In this document: piece after piece, positions 18,266 to 26,390 of the stretch | Numbering within the stretch: position 1 is the stretch's first letter | Layout: each line of letters begins with the position of its first letter | DNA from: Bdellovibrionota bacterium | GTDB lineage: Bacteria; Bdellovibrionota_C; UBA2361; JBGSMV01 | Direction of reading: 5' to 3' | Length of the DNA: 34,805 nucleotides | Assembly (NCBI GenBank): GCA_044356455.1 | Contig: JBIKWF010000038.1 | Location: 1-34,805, forward strand | The notes under the pieces: model-generated | Told to the model about the DNA's origin: nothing | Databases searched by the model: none | What the model saw: the letters and a program-made list of their open reading frames with translations, nothing else | Program-made: the position numbers and the translations under genes

Positions 18266-20140
18266 ATGCTTAAGATTCGCCGAATTCATGACATCACTCT
18301 CGCGCGAGATCAGCGCGCCCTCTCTCAGGTAATGGATATTCTCCGGAGGCAGTTCCCCTACCTTGAGGAAGAAGATCTCAATGAGCTGCCTCTCAAGATT
18401 GCCAATCCATTTAAGGATGGATTTCGCCACTTGCTTATTGTCGCCGAGGGGGCGAATCGCCAAGTGCGCGGTTTTGCGAGCGTGTCTCACGATATTACCC
18501 TAAAGATCTCTTATCTCGATTTTATCGCGGTCTCGAACGGTACTCACGGCGGTGGCGTCGGGAGCGTTCTTTACGAGTCGGTTCGAGAGGAATCGCTTGC
18601 TGCAGGTAGTATAGGACTCTTTTTTGAGTGTTTCCCCGACGATCCTGCGCTTGTAAAAAATCCTGCCGAATTAAAGCAAAATATCGCCCGCCTAAGGTTC
18701 TACGAAAGATATTGGGCCCTTCCCATTGCGGGCACCAAGTTCGAGGCGCCTACCACTCCCGACGCAGATGACTCTCAGTATCTCATGTTCGACGATCTCG
18801 ACCAGGGAACGCACATTTCTCTAGAGCATGGGAAAAAAATCGCGCGCGCCATACTTGAAAGAAAACATGGCAAGGGGCTGCCTGCCGCGTATGTTGAAGA
18901 CGTCGTCGAATCTTTCCGTGACGATCCGGTAAAGCTTCGCGCGCCGCGCTACTCCACCGAGCAGGCGGCTACGCCAATTCGGCCATCGGTTCCCCCTAGT
19001 CAGCGCATCCCCGTAGTAGTCAATCAAAAGCATTCTATACATCACGTGCGCTCGCGGGGCTGGGTAGAGTCTCCGGTGCGCGTAGGAAAGATTCTCGAAG
19101 AGCTTCGCAAAACTAATCTCTGCAGGGAGATTGAACCTTGGAGTTTTCCCGAAAAACATGTGAGGGCAGTGCACGACGCTGACTTTGTTACGTACCTCAA
19201 AAAAATGGCGGAGAAACTTAAGGATGGAGAGGTAAAGTACCCCTACGTATTCCCTTTGAGGAACGTGCATCGTCGCCCCAAAGATTTGCCTGATCAGGTA
19301 GGTTACTACTGCATCGATACCTTTACGCCGCTTAGCCGAGGGGCAATTCTTGCGGCGAGAGCTGGAGTCGACTGTGCGCTCACGGCGGCGGAGTCGGTTC
19401 TCGATGGCGCCATGATTAGTTATGCCCTCGTTCGCCCGCCGGGGCATCACGCGGAGCGCGATAACTTTGGAGGAACGTGCTATCTCAATAACTGTGCAAT
19501 TGCGGCTCACCTCTTAAGCGATTACGGAAAAGTTGCTATTCTCGATGTCGATTACCACCACGGAAATGGTCAGCAGGACATCTTCTATGACCGGGACGAC
19601 GTCCTGACGGTATCAATTCATTGCCATCCGCGCTTCGCCTATCCTCTCTTCGCGGGATTCGATGATGAAACCGGGGAAGGGCCAGGTCGTGGGTATAATC
19701 TTAATATTCCCCTCCCCGAGCATGATATTGACGGAGAGCGCTACCGGGTGGCTTTAGTGAGAGCCTTAAAGAGAGTTCTTAATTTCAAGCCGCGCTTTCT
19801 TGTCGTAGCGCTTGGGGTCGATACGGCCAAAGGCGATCCGACTGGTTCCTGGAATCTTGTGGCGAAAGATTTCGAATTAAATGGACGTCTTATAGGCCAG
19901 CTTAAGATTCCCACGGTCGTCGTACAAGAAGGTGGCTACCGCATTCGAGACCTAGGACGAAATGTGTCCGCTTTCTTCCGGGGCTTATGGACTACCATGC
20001 ACGCGCCGGAGGCAGATCTCTCTGCGTTCGCGCCTCAGAAGCGCACTTCAGCTTCTTCTCAGGCCGTAAAGGCTAAGGCCAAAGAGTTGGCAGGAGAGCC
20101 GGCCTCTGAGCCATTGGCGCAGAGAGAAGAGAAGATGTAG
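18266..20140 (+). CDS. GNAT acetyltransferase - histone deacetylase/acetylpolyamine amidohydrolase family fusion
   Basis: N-terminal: FIAV...HGGGVG acetyl-CoA loop and RLRFYE. C-terminal: RPPGHHA, CYLNN, LDVDYHHGNG, SIH, GVDT.KGDP, QEGGY. Confidence 0.93.
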   Translation: MLKIRRIHDITLARDQRALSQVMDILRRQFPYLEEEDLNELPLKIANPFKDGFRHLLIVAEGANRQVRGFASVSHDITLKISYLDFIAVSNGTHGGGVGSVLYESVREESLAAGSIGLFFECFPDDPALVKNPAELKQNIARLRFYERYWALPIAGTKFEAPTTPDADDSQYLMFDDLDQGTHISLEHGKKIARAILERKHGKGLPAAYVEDVVESFRDDPVKLRAPRYSTEQAATPIRPSVPPSQRIPVVVNQKHSIHHVRSRGWVESPVRVGKILEELRKTNLCREIEPWSFPEKHVRAVHDADFVTYLKKMAEKLKDGEVKYPYVFPLRNVHRRPKDLPDQVGYYCIDTFTPLSRGAILAARAGVDCALTAAESVLDGAMISYALVRPPGHHAERDNFGGTCYLNNCAIAAHLLSDYGKVAILDVDYHHGNGQQDIFYDRDDVLTVSIHCHPRFAYPLFAGFDDETGEGPGRGYNLNIPLPEHDIDGERYRVALVRALKRVLNFKPRFLVVALGVDTAKGDPTGSWNLVAKDFELNGRLIGQLKIPTVVVQEGGYRIRDLGRNVSAFFRGLWTTMHAPEADLSAFAPQKRTSASSQAVKAKAKELAGEPASEPLAQREEKM

Positions 20141-20192
20141 CTCTGGCAGGCTGTCTCAATTGCAAACCGCCGCATGTGGTGGTTGCGATTTT

Positions 20193-20332
20193 CTAGGCAG
20201 CTTCTAAAAAACTTCGATATTTTATTTTTTTTTCTCTCCGTGATCTCTGTGTCCTCTGTGGTTTTTTAACAATTTAAATCAACCACAGAGGGCACAGAGT
20301 TCACAGAGCATACTTTTTCAGAGGTTCCCTAG
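20193..20332. mobile_element. ~140-bp MITE-like element, copy 1
   Basis: CTAG at both ends; imperfect TIRs (CTAGGCAGCTTCTAAAAA / TTTTTCAGAGGTTCCCTAG); internal 28-bp-arm hairpin; near-identical to copies at 28.6 and 34.2 kb. Confidence 0.8.
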
Positions 20333-20488
20333 TGGACGGATTCCTCGAGCCTTGCTGCGCGCGCGTTCTTGAGCTCAATAGGGAAAGAAAAATACTGTCC
20401 GAACGACTCGGTCTTTTCAAAGCTCACCGGAACGGCGCTTCCCTGCGCTGACTTGAAGCGTTCTCTTGTAGGGGCAAGATCAAGAAGC

Positions 20489-20538
20489 GCGGGGAAGTGG
20501 GGCGTCTTAATTCCCCTCTTCCCCGCCCCATTTTTCTT
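20489..20538. terminator. GC-rich hairpin, probable terminator between convergent genes
   Basis: GCGGGGAAGTGGGG...CCCCTCTTCCCCGC followed by a T-rich tract. Confidence 0.45.
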
Positions 20539-20574
20539 TAGTGCTGTAGTATGTTGTGTGTTTCGTTTTCTAAG

Positions 20575-22047
20575 TTAGTTCTGCGGACCATTTCCCCCGC
20601 CGCCAGGACCTGGGTTTTGGGGCATACAAGCCGTGAAGTAGTTCTCCTGAGCTGCCCGAATTTGTTCATTCTCGAAGCAAAAGCGCATGTCCCGGAACGC
20701 GCGCTCCTCGCACTCTCGCACCGATTCTTGAACCGTAGCGTCATTCATATCAAGGCTCAGCTCTACATCAACCGCGCCATCGCATGATAGGTTTGAGAGG
20801 TCGTAGTCTTCCTCCGGAAGTTCCTCGAAGAAACTGTCTTCCGCAACCTCATCAAGCGAATCGAGCTTCGATGCCAAATCGCTTTCCTCCGCTGCTGCGT
20901 AGTAAGAGTCGCGAAATTCTATGTTCCCTTGAAAGTTTCCGCCTTGCTCTTGCACTACGGCAAACGCCCCATCAAGGAAGCGAATCTCTTCAGGTGCACT
21001 TCCAGAGAAACGTGTGATCATGTTCGATTTGCGGCTCTGGCTACCGAACATATCAAGCGTCCTTGTTTCAATCGTGCTTCCTTTTACCACCACTTGTGAT
21101 TTAAAGGCGTTGTCTCCCTGCCGGAACTCTGAGCGAATCTTTCTCGGCGTCCCTAAATCGAAAGCGGGGACCCCGCCTTTGAAGGTAAGTTTTGCCAGAG
21201 TTCGTGAGGAGTAAGCGCCTTCTTGTCCCTGAGCTCGATTGAAGTTCGCAGCGGAAAAAGTTCCGTCAGATTTAATCGCGATAGCGTCTCTGCCGCTTAC
21301 TTGACCGTCTTTACAGAACCAGAGGTCTACGCGGTAAAGAAATTTATCGCTCGTAGGATACACCCTGATATTTACGTCCTCAGTTTGGTCGTTTTCGGCA
21401 TTCGCCTGTGCTCCAGGCCCGTCGTCGTTTTGGCCTCCCCCACCCTGATCTCCCTGCGGAGCTCCTGTAACGTGCACACGTACAAGACGCGCTTTAGAGC
21501 CAGACGGCGTTGCGAATATTTTGGTGATGTCACCCCCAGGGAATTCTCCGTCATCGAGGGTCACACCTCCTGCTTCGAGATTTGCTTCTGTCGGGAAGTT
21601 CTTCATGTAACAAAGAGACGCGCCGCCCTCACCGAGCTGCTGGAGACCTCGACCAACGGACTCGGCAAGGAAGCAGGCACCAAAACCGCCTGAGGCGCCG
21701 TCTTCGTTGCCTGAGAAGAACTCATTGCACTGCTCTTGGGTCGCATTGCCAGAGGCAATCGCGTTCACCACTCCAGGGCGCCAGAAGAGGTTGGCGATAT
21801 CGGAATTCGGAAGATCGACGAGCGCGGGAGCTTCTCCCGAGACGGCGAGGGAACCGAGGCGCCTTGACGAGCGAGTTGCAACGCTATCCTCGGCTTCTGG
21901 AAGTCTGACAAGACCACGAGTTTTGAAGCTCTTTTTGAGTTTCGCGAGTGCCTTCGCATTCGGTGCTGCCAGAGCTGTGTTCTCCACGGAGAGCTGAGCA
22001 AACGAAAATGATGCAATAAGCGCGAGTGCAATCTTCGAGTAATCCAT
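20575..22047 (-). CDS. hypothetical secreted Cys-containing protein
   Basis: MDYSKIALALIASFSFAQL signal peptide with GAGGGA RBS at ATG 22047 (ORF open to 22137); several spaced Cys residues. Confidence 0.8.
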   Translation of the reverse strand: MDYSKIALALIASFSFAQLSVENTALAAPNAKALAKLKKSFKTRGLVRLPEAEDSVATRSSRRLGSLAVSGEAPALVDLPNSDIANLFWRPGVVNAIASGNATQEQCNEFFSGNEDGASGGFGACFLAESVGRGLQQLGEGGASLCYMKNFPTEANLEAGGVTLDDGEFPGGDITKIFATPSGSKARLVRVHVTGAPQGDQGGGGQNDDGPGAQANAENDQTEDVNIRVYPTSDKFLYRVDLWFCKDGQVSGRDAIAIKSDGTFSAANFNRAQGQEGAYSSRTLAKLTFKGGVPAFDLGTPRKIRSEFRQGDNAFKSQVVVKGSTIETRTLDMFGSQSRKSNMITRFSGSAPEEIRFLDGAFAVVQEQGGNFQGNIEFRDSYYAAAEESDLASKLDSLDEVAEDSFFEELPEEDYDLSNLSCDGAVDVELSLDMNDATVQESVRECEERAFRDMRFCFENEQIRAAQENYFTACMPQNPGPGGGGNGPQN

Positions 22048-22325
22048 CTGGTAATCCCTCACCCTTAAAAAGGTTGCGTTTAGCCAACAGAAGTCTTTTC
22101 GGAGGGCTGGGTCTTGGTCTTTAGAATAGGGCTTCAAAAATCGTGACCTTGCTTGTGAGCACCTCTTAACAAATTCCAGCAGAGACGAATTAAGTTCTTC
22201 ATATTAATAGGATTTGTTTGCTCCTGAGTGAGGCAACTGTCTCTTAGGAGTGTAAGGACACATTGGTAGCTGAGCCCCCCATAACCTCTAAGAATCTTAG
22301 TTGTTTGATTCTTTTAGGATTACCT

Positions 22326-23042
22326 ATGGTTTCCTCTACTTCCGACTTTCGAATGTCTGGTGCTCATACATTATTTGCAAATCGCGCAGCCGATGCGGGT
22401 AAAGGGCGTGGCATGGAGATTGAGCCAGGACTTGAGGCCGGCCGGAGAGTGCTTGATTTCAAGTCGGACCCCTTTACTTCTCTTCGAGTAAATATGGGCC
22501 CAGGGATGCCCGCCGTAACGCTAACGACCTCTCAAGGTAGCGTTCAAATTCCTGGCTTTCTTGCTCAAGGAATCGTTGAAAAAGTAGTAGGTCACCGCAA
22601 GGAGGCAATAGAGCAAGCTCGGCAGAATTTTGGGGCAGTGGTTGCCAATCTCAAGACCCATATTGCAGAGATCTTTAGCGATCCCGCTAAAAAGAATCGG
22701 TACGGCCCAGCAAGTGGCAACCATCAGGGCTATGCTGAAGTTCCAGGCGAGAGAGATCCAGGTGCGAAAGATTACGTCAGGGCCTTGAGGAACCCTAGTG
22801 GTACAGGTTCGATTGTCGAGGGGCGAGTGGCAGGAGTAGCTTTCTCTATTGAGCCTTGGTGGAATCCTAGTACCAAACAACAGGATCTTGTTCTTAAGGC
22901 CGAGCGCTATGTCGATGTCGACGCCAATTTCGGGACAGAGCTGCATGGGGCTGACGCTCTCGCGGTATTTAACCAAGTTTGCGACCTCTTTAGAGAGCAT
23001 TCAAAGATTAGAACCCAGCTCGAAGTTCCCACAGCACGCTAG
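22326..23042 (+). CDS. hypothetical protein
   Basis: ORF open from 22263; ATG 22326 preceded by AGGA; no motif recognised. Confidence 0.65.
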   Translation: MVSSTSDFRMSGAHTLFANRAADAGKGRGMEIEPGLEAGRRVLDFKSDPFTSLRVNMGPGMPAVTLTTSQGSVQIPGFLAQGIVEKVVGHRKEAIEQARQNFGAVVANLKTHIAEIFSDPAKKNRYGPASGNHQGYAEVPGERDPGAKDYVRALRNPSGTGSIVEGRVAGVAFSIEPWWNPSTKQQDLVLKAERYVDVDANFGTELHGADALAVFNQVCDLFREHSKIRTQLEVPTAR

Positions 23043-23127
23043 GGTTAACTGCGAGATGCTTCAGGGGGTCGTCGGGCAGTAGCCTTCTTGGGACGGTGTC
23101 TGGTCCCCACTTGCGAACCTCGGAAAT

Positions 23128-24615
23128 ATGACTCCGTCAACTCACAAGACAAAGCGCGATTCACCTTCGCCCTCCGCCCAAGAGCTAAGCGCTGCTCAGC
23201 CCCTTCCTCTGCTCATTAAGGTGCTACTTGAGGAGGTTAAGCAGGCCACAAAGGTCCCTAATACCCTTAAGGGCCACCAGCAGGAGGCTCGAGACCGATT
23301 ATTTGCCGAGACGAAAAAATTTGTCCCGAGCGAGGACGAGTTGCCTATCCCCAAGGCTTCCTGCGAAAAGATTCTAAGGCGCCTGATTCATCGCCTGGTA
23401 TACTTCGATAAAGCTACCATTTTTGTTGGGGCAACGGCCCAAAAAGCACTTGTCCGTCAAGTTGTGGCCGAAGCAAAGCTTGCCATGGACCTTGGATTCA
23501 CCCCAAGGGAGGTAGATCTTAGTCTTCATAAGGTAACTCTGGCGGATCTTGCTCAGCTTTCAAGTCTCTATCCTAAGGCAATCATCGAGCGAGCCTTAAC
23601 GCGTCCCTCTCCCTTGAAAGCGGCTATGGAGCTTGCTCAGAAAAGGGCTGCTCATGAGGCGTGGATTGCAAAACGCATGGCGGAAATGGAGAGCGCGTCT
23701 CTGGCGAATGGAGCGCGGCCTGACCCCAAGAACAGTGTAAGACTTAAAGCGGGAAAGGTATCGGTGCTCATCGCCAGTAAATCCTTTCGTAAACGTGAAC
23801 CTAAGAACAATCCATTTGGAGCTGCGGAAAAGCTGCTCTCGCGCTTCTTGTCTGACGTAAAGTTCTTTACTGAGCATCTCCCAGAGGCTTCCCTTCGCTC
23901 AGCTCGCCATCTCGCCACACGCTCATTCTATGGGCCTCTAAAAAAGCGCCATGGGATAGTTCGTGAGCTTTCCGCTCTAGAAGCGTTTCTCACCAAAGAC
24001 GGCCGCGCTGATCGGCATAAGATTCGCGCAGATATTCTTCAGCGCACGGTGGGCGTTGCAGCAAATCCCGTTCTACTCGCCAAGAACTTGCTTTCTGGGT
24101 TTGAGCGAGAATATCGGGCGCTTCAGAGATTGCTGCCTGGGCAGCCCCTTTCCGTGTACCGCGGGCTTGCCATAAGGGCTTCTATGACCGCATCTTCCGA
24201 TCGCGCCGAGCAGAAGGCGGCAGCGCATGGAAGGGCGCCGATTCCAGTCGATGGGCCCTCACTCGCGGCTAGGTATGAAGAAATCATGTCGCGCTTCAAG
24301 CTCCAGGAATGCCCGCACGTCGGCTGGCTTCTCGGGCTAGGGATGACTCTGAATCCCTCCCCGCAAGAGCGATTTAGGAGCCAAATCTCTACGATTCGCC
24401 GCTCCTTGAAAGTGCAAGAGGCTCGGTGCGACGATACAGCTCTCCTTAAGACGATAGACGCGGAGTTCGCCAAGCATCCCTTAACCACGCATGGATTCTT
24501 GAGACGTGGATTGCTTTGTCGGTTTACTTCCTTGCAGCCCGGGCAAATGCAGAGGTTTGGACGATTCCGGGAGGAGATCCAAAAAGCACTTCCTCGAGGC
24601 TTGAAGACCACCTAA
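23128..24615 (+). CDS. hypothetical basic alpha-helical protein
   Basis: 495-aa Arg/Lys/Leu-rich ORF; no motif recognised. Confidence 0.7.
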   Translation: MTPSTHKTKRDSPSPSAQELSAAQPLPLLIKVLLEEVKQATKVPNTLKGHQQEARDRLFAETKKFVPSEDELPIPKASCEKILRRLIHRLVYFDKATIFVGATAQKALVRQVVAEAKLAMDLGFTPREVDLSLHKVTLADLAQLSSLYPKAIIERALTRPSPLKAAMELAQKRAAHEAWIAKRMAEMESASLANGARPDPKNSVRLKAGKVSVLIASKSFRKREPKNNPFGAAEKLLSRFLSDVKFFTEHLPEASLRSARHLATRSFYGPLKKRHGIVRELSALEAFLTKDGRADRHKIRADILQRTVGVAANPVLLAKNLLSGFEREYRALQRLLPGQPLSVYRGLAIRASMTASSDRAEQKAAAHGRAPIPVDGPSLAARYEEIMSRFKLQECPHVGWLLGLGMTLNPSPQERFRSQISTIRRSLKVQEARCDDTALLKTIDAEFAKHPLTTHGFLRRGLLCRFTSLQPGQMQRFGRFREEIQKALPRGLKTT

Positions 24616-24729
24616 GCTACCGCCGGTGGTTTTCCTTTTGCTTGGCAAGAGGTCTTCTACTTCACTCCTTTTGAGAGGGAAGATTTCTGCTAGGATCTCT
24701 CTGCAAGAGCCAGGTCTGCACGGCGTCGT

Positions 24730-26154
24730 ATGCGAACTAAAATTCGGTCTGTGGTCACTACAAAGCCCCTTCCCCTCAGCGTCTCAGTCTCCCTTCTGCG
24801 GAATGGGTTCTCAACTCGAGTGCGCATGCAAAGCGGCGCTAAGGGGCAGACCTTTGCCGTGAGGTATCCTGGAAGCATATGGGCAAAGGTGCCGCCCCCA
24901 ATCAGAGCGGAGATTGCGCGCAATATTGCCTACGCCGGAACTCATTTCGTCCCACTCATGCTTAAGAGAGATGAGATCTCATATGAATTTCCGTGTCCCT
25001 CTTTAGAAAGCTTTTGGTTCCAAAATACCCTACGCGATTTGCCTGCCTGTGAATTGGCAGATGGAGCTCGGCCTGGTTTGTATGTGAGGTCGTTCTTCAA
25101 TCAAGCAACTTCATTTAAGGGGGATGTGGCGCCGGTAATTCCCGCTTTGAAGGAGCGGTCGCGTCGCCTGGGAAGTATTGCATCGGATTCACGGGTCTGC
25201 GTCCCGTTTACTTTTGGCAAAGAAAGCATGCTGACCCTCGCTCTTATGCAAAAGTTTGGACTTGTTCCGGTCCTTCTTTATTCTGAAGAGCCAAGTCACC
25301 CCTATGAATTGGCCTGGAAAAGTCGCGAGCTGAAGAGACTTTCGCATTCTCTTGGGATTGACGCGGTGCTGCTTAGGAATTCCTTGGGAGGGATTCGCTA
25401 CGGAAAGAGTCTGGGTATCGCGCAGGAGACAGAGATCGGTTGGGGGGCGCAGACTACCCAGCTTGCAGTGCTGGCCGTGCCGCTTTTTTATTCGCACGGA
25501 GCATCCAGTGTTCTTATTGGAAATGAATGCACCAATAACGAAGCGGTAGATTACGGTGGGTGGAGAGCGGCGCTCTCCTTTGACCAATCAAGTGAGTGGA
25601 CGGTTCAGCAAAGCCTCATGACTCAGGCGCTTAGTGGTGGAGGCTGCCGGGTCTATAGCTCGCTAGAGCCTCTTCAGGAGATGGCAATTTTCTTTCTGCT
25701 ACAACACTATTTTCCAGAGCTTGGTAAAAAGCAGTTCTCTTGCTCGGCCCAGCGGCCACTGTTCAAGGGCTCCCAGTGGTGTCATTCCTGTTATAAATGT
25801 GCGCGCATGTTTCTTTTTGCGCGCTGCACAGAGATCGATCCTTTCTCTATAGGGTTCAAACGGGATCTGCTCGCTGAGCCAGGACATTTTGATCATTATT
25901 TTGGTAAGAAGTTTGCTCTTGGGTCAGAGGCAGAGCTTGATTTCTCCTTTCTTACGCTGGAAAGAAAGGGGCTGCTTGGTGTTTATCGGAAAGACTTTCT
26001 TAGAAAGAAGCGGGGGCTTCCGACTTGGGAGAGTTTGCTACCCTCATTTGTGAAGTTGCAGTCTGAGAAAAACTTACCGCCGTTCCTTAGGCGGAAGCTG
26101 CTCGACTTTTTCCGCGTGGGGCTGAGAGCCTTTGAGCGGACATTGTCTCGTTAG
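24730..26154 (+). CDS. MurL-like PP-loop (adenine nucleotide alpha-hydrolase) protein with Cys cluster
   Basis: PFTFGKES (SGGKDS-like), IGNE, FSC...WCHSCYKC; layout resembles MurL/QueC-type enzymes. Confidence 0.7.
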   Translation: MRTKIRSVVTTKPLPLSVSVSLLRNGFSTRVRMQSGAKGQTFAVRYPGSIWAKVPPPIRAEIARNIAYAGTHFVPLMLKRDEISYEFPCPSLESFWFQNTLRDLPACELADGARPGLYVRSFFNQATSFKGDVAPVIPALKERSRRLGSIASDSRVCVPFTFGKESMLTLALMQKFGLVPVLLYSEEPSHPYELAWKSRELKRLSHSLGIDAVLLRNSLGGIRYGKSLGIAQETEIGWGAQTTQLAVLAVPLFYSHGASSVLIGNECTNNEAVDYGGWRAALSFDQSSEWTVQQSLMTQALSGGGCRVYSSLEPLQEMAIFFLLQHYFPELGKKQFSCSAQRPLFKGSQWCHSCYKCARMFLFARCTEIDPFSIGFKRDLLAEPGHFDHYFGKKFALGSEAELDFSFLTLERKGLLGVYRKDFLRKKRGLPTWESLLPSFVKLQSEKNLPPFLRRKLLDFFRVGLRAFERTLSR

Positions 26155-26312
26155 ACGGGACCCTTTTTAGGCGCGCTCAGGCAAGTCTCGCTGCCGCTCG
26201 CTGGCAGAGGTGAAACTGTATGCCCTCCCACTTCCTTGGTCGGTGTGGTCAGTGATTCTATTTTGCCTCCGCACTCACCCCCAACTATGAGTTCGAGTGC
26301 AATAGAGTTCAC

Positions 26313-26361
26313 GGTAGGGCGCCGCGTCCTCGCGGTGCCGGAAGATCTTCCTACCTGGCAC
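26313..26361 (+). repeat. solo GTAG REP with a remnant of the array unit
   Basis: GGTAGGGCGCCGCGTCCTCGCGGTGCCG then GAAGATCTTCC..CTGGCAC, as in the array units. Confidence 0.85.
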
Positions 26362-26390
26362 CTTCTTGGCCGTGGCGTATTATCCGGAAG

